Shown in pieces: positions 27,275 to 36,123 of a DNA stretch of 64,000 bases. The stretch comes from Candidatus Omnitrophota bacterium. Lineage in GTDB: Bacteria > Omnitrophota > Gorgyraeia > Zapsychrales > Zapsychraceae. Within the stretch, counting starts at the first letter, position 1; each line of letters opens with the position of its first letter. The stretch lies in the NCBI GenBank assembly GCA_015233405.1, contig JADFXT010000002.1, positions 4,451-68,450 of the forward strand, written 5' to 3'. The translations under genes and the position numbers were made by a program. Under the pieces are notes generated by a model, which saw only the letters and a list, made by a program, of their open reading frames with translations, searched no databases and was not told where the DNA came from.

Positions 27275-27348
27275 TCGGAGCGGATGGTTTCGAACCATCG
27301 ACCTCTTGTACCCCATACAAGTGCGCTAGCCAGCTGCGCTACGCTCCG
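27275..27348 (-). tRNA. tRNA-Pro (GGG)
   Basis: Hand-folded cloverleaf: CGGAGCG acceptor, GCGC D-stem, anticodon loop AUGGGGU, GATGG-TTCGAAA-CCATC T-arm. 74 nt, CCA not encoded. Confidence 0.9.
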
Positions 27349-27398
27349 GAAATTTTGCTCACTATAATAATATTATTAATATATAAAAATTGAAGCTA

Positions 27399-27426
27399 AT
27401 TATACACTAGGAGGCGGAAACTGCAA
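27399..27426 (-). promoter_or_regulatory. Candidate promoter for tRNA-Pro / pilZ-hom operon
   Basis: TTGCAG, 16-nt spacer, TATAAT on the minus strand, about 50 nt upstream of the tRNA 5' end. Confidence 0.35.
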
Positions 27427-27527
27427 AGGAAAAATTCTTTATGTGTTCCTTTGAGTCTGTTCTATTATTCAGGGAAACATTTCTCTGGCTGCGGTCGATG
27501 GAGCTGTCTATTTAGAGCGGAATCAGA

Positions 27528-28199
27528 TCATTCTTCCAAGAGTTCTCGGTGGTGTTTGACGACCTTGGCGTGGGTCATATAAATGACGTCTTCGGCAATG
27601 GAAGCGGCGAGGTCGCTGATTCGTTCTAAGTCGCGGGCGATTAATAAAAGTGGAACCGCCTGGGGAGCGGTTGTGCCGTCTTTGAGCATATAATCATAAA
27701 TGAGCTCTTTGATGATGGCCGTCCGAAGACCGTTGGAGATTTTATCTGAGACAATCACCTCTTTGGCCAAATTTTCGTCACGACGGACAAAAGCGTCAAT
27801 GGAATTTTTGACCATCCACTGGGCTTGTTCAGCAAGCATGGGAATGTCGATTAAGGGTTTTAATAAAGGTTTTTCCGCGGTTTCTAAAACGCGTTGGCAA
27901 ATATTGACGGTCAAATCTGCAATACGCTCGAGTTCTGAATTGATATGAATGCCTTTGGCAATGAGACGTAAGTCGCCAGCCATCGGCTGGAACAGGGCTA
28001 AAAGGTCAATGGCCTTTTCTTCGATAGCATTTTCCATCTCATCGATCTGTTTGTCTTCGCGAATCACGGTTTCCGCCAGCTCTTTGTTCTGTTGTTTTAA
28101 TGCCTGAATGGATTTATAGATCGATTCTTCGACCTTGGCGGCCATTTTTAAAAGGTCTGTTTTAAAATCCTGCAATTCCTGGTCAAAGTGTCGTTCCAT
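27528..28199 (-). CDS. phoU: Phosphate signalling complex protein PhoU
   Basis: 223 aa. Two PhoU repeats with E(R)I(A/S)D motifs; SD AAGGAG. Confidence 0.95.
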   Translation of the reverse strand: MERHFDQELQDFKTDLLKMAAKVEESIYKSIQALKQQNKELAETVIREDKQIDEMENAIEEKAIDLLALFQPMAGDLRLIAKGIHINSELERIADLTVNICQRVLETAEKPLLKPLIDIPMLAEQAQWMVKNSIDAFVRRDENLAKEVIVSDKISNGLRTAIIKELIYDYMLKDGTTAPQAVPLLLIARDLERISDLAASIAEDVIYMTHAKVVKHHRELLEE

Positions 28200-28221
28200 A
28201 ATGACTGGTCTCCTTGTGTGG

Positions 28222-28647
28222 TCAACGTCTATAGGCTGGACGTCGGCGGTCGATTTTTTCTTTAATAAAAATAGTTAAATTTTCTTTAATCTGGTCCCGA
28301 GTCTTTCGAAAAAAAACGATATCTTTTCCGCTGGGGTCGTCAATATCCCATTCAATATGGTTCGCCGCCGGAATAAAAGGACAATGATCTTTGCATCCTA
28401 AGGTAATGGCATAATCAAATTTTATTTTAGGAAGATCATTAAACCCTTTGGAAGTGCTCTGAGAGATATCGATGCCGATCTCCTTCATCGCTTCGATGGC
28501 AAGCGGGTTGACTTTTCCCGACGGTTTTGAGCCGGCGCTAAAGGCCTCCAGTATGTTTTTGCCCAAGGCGTTCGCCAGGCCTTCTGCCATTTGGCTGCGG
28601 CAGGAATTTTCCACGCAAACAAATAAAATTCTTTTGACGGTATACAT
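28222..28647 (-). CDS. LMW-PTP-fold arsenate reductase (ArsC)-like phosphatase
   Basis: P-loop CVENSCRS (CX5R) and a downstream CKDHC Cys pair. Start taken at ATG 28647 with SD GGGAGG, 1 nt after the pstB stop. The track ORF extends to 28731 inside pstB. Confidence 0.8.
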   Translation of the reverse strand: MYTVKRILFVCVENSCRSQMAEGLANALGKNILEAFSAGSKPSGKVNPLAIEAMKEIGIDISQSTSKGFNDLPKIKFDYAITLGCKDHCPFIPAANHIEWDIDDPSGKDIVFFRKTRDQIKENLTIFIKEKIDRRRPAYRR

Positions 28648-28648
28648 T

Positions 28649-29410
28649 TTATCCAAACCTCCCTGTGATATAGGCTTCCGTTTTATCATCTTTCGGTGCG
28701 GTAAAGATTTCCTGGGTCTTTCCGAATTCAATCAGCTCTCCCATCAGAAAAAATGCCGTATAATCCGAAACGCGCGCCGCCTGCTGCATATTATGCGTCA
28801 CGATAACGATTGTATAGTCTTTTTTGAGTTCCAGGATGAGTTCCTCGATTTTTGCCGTTGAGATCGGGTCCAGGCTCGCGCAGGGCTCATCGAAAAGGAT
28901 CGTTTCTGATTCTACCGCCAACGTTCGTGCGATACAAAGCCTTTGCTGCTGCCCGCCGGAAAGTTTAAGCGCGCTTTCATGAAGACGGTCTTTGACCTCT
29001 TGCCATAGCGCTGCTTTTTTTAGGGATTCTTCCACTTTATCATCAATAAAATTTTTGTCCTTGACCCCGTTAACTGTAAGTCCGTAGCTGATATTATCAA
29101 AAATGCTTTTGGGGAACGGATTGGGTTTCTGAAAAACCATGCCGACGCGTTTGCGGACCTCAACCGCATCAACGGATGCGTCAAAAATATCCGCGCCATC
29201 CAATAAAATTTTCCCCGTGAGGTTTGTATGAGGAACCAGTTCGTTCATCCGGTTTAACAACCGGATAAACGTCGATTTTCCGCATCCCGATGGCCCGATG
29301 ATCGCGGTTACTTGATTTTCATAAAACTTTAGATTGATATTTTTTAACGCGTGCGTTTTACCGTAAAAGAAATCAACGTTTTCCGCCTTGATTTTTGTTC
29401 TTTTATCCAT
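28649..29410 (-). CDS. pstB: Phosphate ABC transporter ATP-binding protein
   Basis: 253 aa. Walker [10 protein letters not shown], signature LSGGQQQR, Walker B ILFDEP. Confidence 0.95.
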   Translation of the reverse strand: MDKRTKIKAENVDFFYGKTHALKNINLKFYENQVTAIIGPSGCGKSTFIRLLNRMNELVPHTNLTGKILLDGADIFDASVDAVEVRKRVGMVFQKPNPFPKSIFDNISYGLTVNGVKDKNFIDDKVEESLKKAALWQEVKDRLHESALKLSGGQQQRLCIARTLAVESETILFDEPCASLDPISTAKIEELILELKKDYTIVIVTHNMQQAARVSDYTAFFLMGELIEFGKTQEIFTAPKDDKTEAYITGRFG

Positions 29411-30260
29411 GTAGTCCTTTCTGTCTTTGACGAATGAAAATGGCTATGCCGGAAATACATAACACCATGAGTAGTAGCACAAGGCTACACCCGTAGGCAA
29501 TGGCCCTCTGTTTATCCGGATGTGCACCCTCGGTCATGAGCGCATAAATATGATATGGCAGCGCCATGACTTCGGAGAACGCTGATTTCGGAAACCCACG
29601 GGTATAAAACGCGGCTGCCGTAAAAAGAATCGGCGCGGTTTCGCCAGCCACGCGGCCGATGCTTAAGATGACGCCCGTTAAAATCCCGGGCAAGGCCGTC
29701 GGCAAAACAATATTCTTAATGGTTTTCCACTTGGTCGCCCCCAACGACAACGAAGCTTCCCTGATCGATTGCGGTACGGCCAATAAGGCTTCTTGCGTCG
29801 AAGAAATAATAAGCGGTAAAACTAAGATGCCCAGCGTTAGACTTCCCGAAAGAATAGAAACACCAAATTTGAAATATTTCACAAAAACGGCCAGGCCAAA
29901 GAGTCCAAAGACAACGGACGGAACACCGGCCAGGTTGTTGATACTGATGCGAATAATATTGACCACGATTCCTTTCGGAGAATACTCGCATAAATAAATG
30001 GCGCAGGCCAATCCCAACGGCAACGCAAATAAGATCGCACCAAGCGTTATATAAAAAGTCCCGACGATAGCCGGGGCAATCCCGCCCGCTGTCATTCCTG
30101 AGCGTGGCACCTGCGTCAAAAATTCCCACGAGATGACCTTGATGCCGCGTGCGGTGATAAAAAAGATAATGGCCCCTAAGAATAAAAGCGTTATGCTGAT
30201 GCACAGGAATAAACCTAAGAATCCTAATTTTTGAGTAATGTGATTTTTCATCTTAGCCAC
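29403..30260 (-). CDS. pstA: Phosphate ABC transporter permease PstA
   Basis: 285 aa, 6 TM helices, EAA-like loop ([11 protein letters not shown]). Confidence 0.9.
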   Translation of the reverse strand: MAKMKNHITQKLGFLGLFLCISITLLFLGAIIFFITARGIKVISWEFLTQVPRSGMTAGGIAPAIVGTFYITLGAILFALPLGLACAIYLCEYSPKGIVVNIIRISINNLAGVPSVVFGLFGLAVFVKYFKFGVSILSGSLTLGILVLPLIISSTQEALLAVPQSIREASLSLGATKWKTIKNIVLPTALPGILTGVILSIGRVAGETAPILFTAAAFYTRGFPKSAFSEVMALPYHIYALMTEGAHPDKQRAIAYGCSLVLLLMVLCISGIAIFIRQRQKGLHG

Positions 30261-31143
30261 TAAGTCCTAATTTTATCCGAAATCGCCGGCTGATGAATTC
30301 AGCGACGATGTTAAAAACAAACGTCGTTAAAAAGAGTACTAGTGCGATCGCAAAAAGCGCATGGTAATGGTCCCCTCCCATAGGAGCTTCCCCCATTTCC
30401 GCGGCAATGGCCGCAGTCATGGGACGGACCGGTTCCAGATAGGAATGGGGAATTACCGCGGCCCCGCCGGAGACCATCAAAACGGTCATGGTCTCGCCGA
30501 TCGCCCGGCTCATGCCTAAAATGATGGCCGTCGAGATCCCGGAACCTGCGGCCGGAATGACCACTTGTGTTAATGTCTGCCACCGATTTGCCCCGACGGC
30601 AAACGAGGCTTCCCGAAATGATTTGGGCACATAACTTAAGGCATCATCTGCTAAACTGCAAACGGTCGGGGTCGCCATGATGCCTAAGATCAGACTGGCG
30701 TTTAAGGCGGTTAATCCTGTCGGGAGATGAAACAAGTTTTGCAAAAACGGTGTTAGGATAACCATTCCGAAAAATCCGTAGACGACCGACGGAATACTGG
30801 CCAATAATTCGACCAAAGGTTTTAAAATAGTCCTTTGTTTATGTCCGGCGAGTTCATGAAGGTATAACGCGCTGCCCACGCCTAAAGGCACACAAACTAT
30901 AACTGCGCCTAACGTTACCCACACCGACGCTAAAATGAGCGGTAAAATACCAAATTCCGGCGTGGAATAAGTCGGATACCAGTTTTGTCCAAATAAAAAT
31001 TGAGAAATGCTGACCCGTTTAAAGATTGGGAGTCCTTCCTTAAAAAGAACGATCACAATTCCGACGAGAAATACTAGCGACGCAAACGCCAGCACAGTAA
31101 AAATTCCCTGATAAATTTTTTCTTTGATTCGAGCTCTTTTCAT
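30253..31143 (-). CDS. pstC: Phosphate ABC transporter permease PstC
   Basis: TM permease with EASFAVGANRWQT loop. Start taken at ATG 31143 (MKRARIK...). The track GTG at 31167 lies inside the intercistronic hairpin. Confidence 0.9.
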   Translation of the reverse strand: MKRARIKEKIYQGIFTVLAFASLVFLVGIVIVLFKEGLPIFKRVSISQFLFGQNWYPTYSTPEFGILPLILASVWVTLGAVIVCVPLGVGSALYLHELAGHKQRTILKPLVELLASIPSVVYGFFGMVILTPFLQNLFHLPTGLTALNASLILGIMATPTVCSLADDALSYVPKSFREASFAVGANRWQTLTQVVIPAAGSGISTAIILGMSRAIGETMTVLMVSGGAAVIPHSYLEPVRPMTAAIAAEMGEAPMGGDHYHALFAIALVLFLTTFVFNIVAEFISRRFRIKLGLSG

Positions 31144-31157
31144 AAGATATGCGCCTC

Positions 31158-31185
31158 GTAGGGACACGGCATGCCGTGCCCCTAC
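31158..31185 (-). promoter_or_regulatory. Intercistronic GC-rich stem-loop between pstS and pstC
   Basis: 28-nt near-palindrome. On the mRNA strand GTAGGGGCACGGCATGCCGTGTCCCTAC pairs throughout with one G:U; on the opposite strand that pair is an A.C mismatch. Confidence 0.6.
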
Positions 31186-31194
31186 AAAGTTTTT

Positions 31195-32007
31195 TTATTT
31201 TAACGGTACAAAGCCTTCTTCATCGACTAATTTCTGGCCATCTGGGCTCAAAATAAAATCAATAAACTCTTTAGCCAATCCTTGCGGAGTGCCATTGGTG
31301 TACATGAATAACGGTCGTCCGATAGGATATTTATTGGTCAGGACAGTTTCTTTGGATGCTTTAACTCCGTCGACATCCACGGCTTTAACAGAAGAAGTTA
31401 CATAGCCTAATCCGACATATCCGATAGCACCAGGAGTGCTGGCAACGGTTGTAGCAACGGCTTGATTCGATGCTTGTAATAGCGCATCTGCCCGAACTTT
31501 TGAACCTTCTAAAACAAGAGTTCCCCAGGCTTCAAAGGTACCGCTTGAGCTATCACGGGAAATGACTACAATTTTATCGTCGGGGCCGTCTAATTGGTTC
31601 CAATTGGAAATGGCTCCGGTAAAAATATCCCTGATCTGTTTTTTCGTCAAGGCATTGACTTTGTTAGCTGGATTAACAATTACGACAATCCCATCCATGG
31701 CGACAACATTGGCTTTGAGGCTTCTGCCATTTGTGACAGCTTTATCGAGCTCCGTGTCTTTAATGGGGCGAGAAGAATCTGCAATATCGCAATTCCCGTC
31801 GATTAAAGAAGCAATTCCAACACCTGACCCTCCGCCACGCACTGAAATATCAGCGCCGGAATTCTTATCCATGAACGTTTCCGCGGCCTTTTGGGCAATG
31901 GGTAAAACTGTAGTTGATCCTTCCACCACGATTTTGTCCGCGTAGCTGGGTATGGTTAATCCTAAGATCACGAGCGCTAGCAGGACTACTTTATTGAAAC
32001 CTTTCAT
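31195..32007 (-). CDS. pstS: Phosphate ABC transporter substrate-binding protein PstS
   Basis: 270 aa. Signal peptide; PBP motifs (GSTTVLPI, SVRGGGSGVG, SRDSSSGT); strong SD AAGGAGGAG. Confidence 0.9.
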   Translation of the reverse strand: MKGFNKVVLLALVILGLTIPSYADKIVVEGSTTVLPIAQKAAETFMDKNSGADISVRGGGSGVGIASLIDGNCDIADSSRPIKDTELDKAVTNGRSLKANVVAMDGIVVIVNPANKVNALTKKQIRDIFTGAISNWNQLDGPDDKIVVISRDSSSGTFEAWGTLVLEGSKVRADALLQASNQAVATTVASTPGAIGYVGLGYVTSSVKAVDVDGVKASKETVLTNKYPIGRPLFMYTNGTPQGLAKEFIDFILSPDGQKLVDEEGFVPLK

Positions 32008-32040
32008 TTTACTCCTCCTTAATTGTTTTTTATTTATTTT

Positions 32041-32062
32041 AGCCCCGCTGTTTTGCGGGGCT
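32041..32062 (-). other. GC-rich hairpin between porin and pstS genes
   Basis: AGCCCCGC-N6-GCGGGGCT, 8-bp stem. No U-tract after it on the transcribed strand, so probably not a terminator. Confidence 0.4.
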
Positions 32063-32107
32063 AACTCCGCTCTCGCCCTAAGAGACCAGGACGTCGCGCC
32101 CTTCGAG

Positions 32108-33394
32108 TTAGAACTTTACGTTCCAATCCACCTGAACGACATGCGCAATTTGTCGGGCGCTTTGCGTCCCATGCAAAACACGACCTTGATAATAATCGAG
32201 TGCAAGATAGGTGTTTTTACCTAACCCATACTGGAATATCGCCTCGTGGGCAAACATGTCAGTTTTACCGCCCATACGGTCGGAATCCGGTAAAATATCA
32301 AGCACGGCATCTTTTTGTAATAGCCCGTAATTGTACTGCGCCTGCCAATCGCCCTTGTTGGCTATTTTGGCCGCGCCGAATTTGACCCCGCCCATATATC
32401 CGTTGGCGTTTTTTCCGTCTTTAATCCGCGGATTGGTGACATATTCTCCGAATAAACTAATTTGAGGAATATCAAGAAATCCGACATTAAGCGCTTTGAA
32501 AGGATCCACAATGGTAAGTTCAAGAGCCGGTGTAATGGTATCATACTCGTTAAGCAAATTTCCGAGGCTGTCTTTCGAGTTTGTGCCCACAGTTCCATCA
32601 AGGGCTCTATTTTTTACGCCGGATGTGGTGTAAAAGGAAACAGCACTTTTTAGCGATACTTTATCATTGAATTTAAAATTTGTTCCACCTTGCGTCACAT
32701 ACATCGTCGGGTCATCTCCATCGCCAGAATTCTCATCCAGAATTAAAACGCCCGAATTGATAAACCAGTCCAAATTGGAATTGAACTTTCCGGACAGCTG
32801 CAGAGCGCCTCCTTCGGGATTGATGTCTGTGTCCCAAATCAAATCGCCGGGTTCCCATAAAACGTTTTTAAATTTACCGACGGTGATGGTTGACCAGGAA
32901 AGTGGCGTATATTGAGCGTACGCGTAATCCAGCGTAATCGGGTGCTTGGAAAATCCGTTACCTAATGTTTGGTTGGTAGAGCGCGCGGTATCTTTGTCAA
33001 TGGCTGTTGCGTCATCTTTTCCCGTTGCCAAACCAATTCCGACGTTGAGTTTATCATTCGCTTTGGCTTCCATGCCTAAACGCAGCCTCACTCTGCCGCG
33101 GTTCTGGTCAGCGTGAGATTTCGCGGTATGGTCAAGCTGATATCTCGCCCGGAAATCCCCTTTTAACTTGATAGTCTGGACCCAGGAAGGTAATGAGGAA
33201 TCCGTGCCCTTGGCAATATCTGCTTTGATTTGTTCTTTGGTTTCTGTTCCGATCTGCTGTGCCTCGCCGGCGGTCAGGATCCCTTTCTCGACGAGCTTAT
33301 TAAGCAAAATGTCAATCTCCCCTGCCTGTGCCGACAGGCTCGCCAGCCCTAAAAATAGAACTGCGACGATAATGGTTAAAAAACGTTTCTTCAT
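32108..33394 (-). CDS. Outer-membrane beta-barrel porin (phosphate-selective by context only)
   Basis: 428 aa. Signal peptide, alternating beta-strand pattern, C-terminal ...VDWNVKF with terminal Phe. Directly upstream of pstS. Confidence 0.7.
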   Translation of the reverse strand: MKKRFLTIIVAVLFLGLASLSAQAGEIDILLNKLVEKGILTAGEAQQIGTETKEQIKADIAKGTDSSLPSWVQTIKLKGDFRARYQLDHTAKSHADQNRGRVRLRLGMEAKANDKLNVGIGLATGKDDATAIDKDTARSTNQTLGNGFSKHPITLDYAYAQYTPLSWSTITVGKFKNVLWEPGDLIWDTDINPEGGALQLSGKFNSNLDWFINSGVLILDENSGDGDDPTMYVTQGGTNFKFNDKVSLKSAVSFYTTSGVKNRALDGTVGTNSKDSLGNLLNEYDTITPALELTIVDPFKALNVGFLDIPQISLFGEYVTNPRIKDGKNANGYMGGVKFGAAKIANKGDWQAQYNYGLLQKDAVLDILPDSDRMGGKTDMFAHEAIFQYGLGKNTYLALDYYQGRVLHGTQSARQIAHVVQVDWNVKF

Positions 33395-33448
33395 GTCTCC
33401 TCCTTTTTAATTGTTGAATTGTTTTTTTCTACAACAACTATAAAAGAG

Positions 33449-33493
33449 GAACGTGAACGCTATAGGGCTAGAATGTGACAAGTTGGTGAATCC
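33449..33493 (-). promoter_or_regulatory. Candidate tandem Pho boxes upstream of the porin-pst operon
   Basis: Minus strand GATTCAC-CAAC-TTGTCAC-ATTC-TAGCCCT-ATAG-CGTTCAC. TCAC cores are phased at 11/22 bp. The array ends 10 nt before TATAGT (33437-33442). Confidence 0.45.
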
Positions 33494-33517
33494 TTGAAAA
33501 AATAAAGTGGGAGTTTT

Positions 33518-35296
33518 TTATGCTTTTGGCAGGGTAAAAGAAAATGCGGAACCACGGCCCAATTGACTCTCGACGGAAACTTCTCCGCTGTGGGCCTGGA
33601 TGATATGCTTGACGATAGACAAGCCTAACCCGGTGCCACCAAGTTCCCGAGAACGGGCTTTGTCGACACGGTAAAACCGTTCAAAGATCCTAGAGACGTC
33701 TTCTGACGGGATTCCTTCGCCGGTGTCTGCGACGGTCACAGACGCCGTGCGGGGACCTTTTTCTTCAGCAGAAATCTTGATCAATCCGCCTTCCTTATTA
33801 TATTTGATGGCGTTGTCCATGAGGTTATAAAAGACTTGGGTGATGCTTTTTTGGTCTACCCACACTTTCGGGAAATTGGACGGGATATAATTGGTAACAG
33901 TGAGATTCTTTTTTTGGATCTCACGAGACAAGGCTTCTAAGACTTGGGTCAACATCTCATTTAGATCGACAGGGACAAAATCCAGTTTTAACTTTCCGGA
34001 TTCGATCCGTGATAGATCCAGCAAATCGTTAATCAAGCTGGCTAAGCGGTTCGCGTCGGAATGAATAATTTCCACAAAATCCCGGGCGTTCTCTTTATCT
34101 TCTAAGGCCCCGTCTAGAAGTGTTTCCGCATAACCCTTGATGGTCGAGACCGGAGTGCGTAGCTCGTGGGATACGTTCGCAACAAAATCCTGGCGGATTT
34201 TTTCCAAACGCCGTAGTTCCGTAATGTCATGAAATACCAAGACCGCGCCATCATTCTGCTCTTCCTTTAGAATGGGCGTGGCATGGATCCATAAAATTTT
34301 TTCTTCGGGGATAAAAACCGCCAGCTGGCGGCTTTCCACACCCTGTTTTTTCTCGAGTGCTTTGTCCGTTAACTCCTGAATTTCGATGTTCCGGATCATT
34401 TCAAGCGGTTTTTGATGGAGATAGTCCTGATGGATATGAAACATGCGTTTTAAGGAATCATTGATAAAAAGGACCTGTCCCTTGGCATCAACCACCATCA
34501 GTCCGTCGAACATGCTTAAAAGGACGGTTTCCAATTTTGATTTATTGGATATCACTTCCTTCATCCTCAGTTTGATCTGATCAGACATTTCATTAATAGC
34601 GTCGGATAAATCCTGTATCTCATCGTTCGTCCTTATATGGCTATGTTTCGTGAAATACCCTTGGGCAATGCCTTTGGCAATCGCGGAAAGTTCCCGAACA
34701 GGTTTGGAAATAAACAAAGACGTCCAGAAGCTTAAAAGGATGGCTAAAGCAAACGCCAGGAGTAGCGCCCATAAAAGGAGTTGTTTTAACTTTGCGGAGA
34801 TCAGAGCGATCTCAGATAAGGGAATGGCTAGCCGGACAACCCCTTGAAAGTTTTTCTCAGATAATAAACCCGCGACGTAGAGCAAGTCCACTTTTAACGT
34901 CGAGCTAAATCGCCGGCTTAACCCAAAGCCGGTGTGCAAGGCTTGTTGGACTTCAGGACGATAAAGATGATTTTCAATCCCTTTGACTTGAGACAGATCC
35001 AGCTTTGAATCTCCCAAAACCACGCCGTCATTTCGGATGATCGTCACTCGTTCGTCAAGATTCTCTCCAAGTCGGTCGGCGATTGTGTCCAGGGATTCAA
35101 ACGATGGATTCTCGGGTAAATTTTCCTTTAGAGAGTTCGTCGCAACATTGAGCTTTCTGGATAAATCGGAAAGAATTCTTTGGTAAGCATTCTCGGTGAG
35201 ATTTTGGTTAAGGTCGTAATAAATAAACGTCAAGACAACGGCTGTTATAAACACCGTCACTAGAATGATCTTGGCGCGAATATTCAGATGGATCAC
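33518..35296 (-). CDS. phoR: PhoR-like sensor histidine kinase
   Basis: 592 aa. TM-periplasmic-TM, HAMP, PAS, HisKA (SHELRTPVSTIKGY) and HATPase (GTGLGLSIV); 4-nt overlap with the response regulator gene. Confidence 0.8.
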   Translation of the reverse strand: MIHLNIRAKIILVTVFITAVVLTFIYYDLNQNLTENAYQRILSDLSRKLNVATNSLKENLPENPSFESLDTIADRLGENLDERVTIIRNDGVVLGDSKLDLSQVKGIENHLYRPEVQQALHTGFGLSRRFSSTLKVDLLYVAGLLSEKNFQGVVRLAIPLSEIALISAKLKQLLLWALLLAFALAILLSFWTSLFISKPVRELSAIAKGIAQGYFTKHSHIRTNDEIQDLSDAINEMSDQIKLRMKEVISNKSKLETVLLSMFDGLMVVDAKGQVLFINDSLKRMFHIHQDYLHQKPLEMIRNIEIQELTDKALEKKQGVESRQLAVFIPEEKILWIHATPILKEEQNDGAVLVFHDITELRRLEKIRQDFVANVSHELRTPVSTIKGYAETLLDGALEDKENARDFVEIIHSDANRLASLINDLLDLSRIESGKLKLDFVPVDLNEMLTQVLEALSREIQKKNLTVTNYIPSNFPKVWVDQKSITQVFYNLMDNAIKYNKEGGLIKISAEEKGPRTASVTVADTGEGIPSEDVSRIFERFYRVDKARSRELGGTGLGLSIVKHIIQAHSGEVSVESQLGRGSAFSFTLPKA

Positions 35297-35985
35297 GCTT
35301 CCTCCTCGGAAAATTTATAACCGTAGCCGCGAATGGTCTCCAAATGCTTTCCTGCGCGGCCCAGTTTCTGACGAAGCCTTTTAACGTGTGTATCGACGGT
35401 GCGGGTGGTCACATCTGCCTGGATGTCCCAGACATCGTCTAAAAGCTGGTCTCTCGATTGAACGCGTCCAACACGGGTCATTAATGTGATCAAAAGCTTG
35501 AATTCCATCGCCGTTAACTCAACGATTTTTTCAGCAACCGTTACGGTATGGCGCGGGATATCAATGGTTATGTCCCCGATGGTGATAATATCTTTAGAGC
35601 CTTCGGGTTTCTTATTTTGAGCTCTTTTGAGGATGGCCTTGATTCTTAAAACAAGCTCTCGAGGACTAAAGGGCTTTACAATATAATCATCGGCGCCAAG
35701 CTCAAATCCCACGACGCGGTCGACCTCTTCCCCTTTGGCTGTCAACATGACAATTGGCACGCTTTGAAACTTGTTATGGGACCGAATTTGTTTACAAACT
35801 TCCAACCCGTCTATTTTAGGAAGCATGATGTCTAAGAGAATCAAGTCAACGCTCTGGGTATCCAAAACGTCAAAGGCCTCTTCGCCGGTAATCACGGCCG
35901 TGCAGGTATAGCCGGATTTCTCCAGAGCATATTTGACCAGCTTGGAAATGTTTTTGTCGTCTTCAACAATTAAAATGTGCGCCAT
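35293..35985 (-). CDS. phoB: PhoB-like OmpR-family response regulator
   Basis: REC domain (ILIVEDD...DLILLDIMLP) plus winged-helix (RGYGYKF). Start at ATG 35985 behind SD GGAGGA. The track ORF starts at 36015. Confidence 0.85.
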   Translation of the reverse strand: MAHILIVEDDKNISKLVKYALEKSGYTCTAVITGEEAFDVLDTQSVDLILLDIMLPKIDGLEVCKQIRSHNKFQSVPIVMLTAKGEEVDRVVGFELGADDYIVKPFSPRELVLRIKAILKRAQNKKPEGSKDIITIGDITIDIPRHTVTVAEKIVELTAMEFKLLITLMTRVGRVQSRDQLLDDVWDIQADVTTRTVDTHVKRLRQKLGRAGKHLETIRGYGYKFSEEEA

Positions 35986-36042
35986 ATTCCTCCAGTTTTT
36001 AACCGATGCAAACATCCTTTTCTCAAAGAATAACTTGCGGAT

Positions 36043-36060
36043 GTGACAATTTGGTGACAG
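36043..36060 (-). promoter_or_regulatory. Canonical Pho box upstream of phoB-phoR
   Basis: Minus strand CTGTCAC-CAAA-TTGTCAC matches the E. coli-type consensus CTGTCAT-A(A/T)A(A/T)-CTGTCA(C/T). A -10-like TATTCT follows 10 nt downstream. 58 nt upstream of the ATG. Confidence 0.7.
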
Positions 36061-36123
36061 CCATGTAATAAGTTCGAAAATTGCGGAAATTTTGTGAATT
36101 TTTAATCTGCTAAGGCAGAAAAG

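Noticed and set aside
28648-28731. N-terminal extensions in the ORF track, such as the ArsC-like ORF reaching into pstB. Similar cases occur at 9779-9889, 31144-31167, 35986-36015, 42042-42077, 43087-43128, 54723-54821 and 26822-26845.
   Set aside because: The extensions overlap upstream genes, often begin with GTG or TTG, and lack an SD. Internal ATGs with an SD, or matching family N-termini, were preferred.
29716-30204. 162-aa alternative-frame ORF inside pstA.
   Set aside because: It is on the same strand but out of frame with a clear permease. Its His/Arg/Gly-rich composition is atypical for this genome.
32041-32062. Hairpin AGCCCCGC-N6-GCGGGGCT as the rho-independent terminator of the porin gene.
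   Set aside because: On the transcribed strand it is followed by an A-rich run, not a U-rich one. The T-run lies on the wrong side for either orientation.
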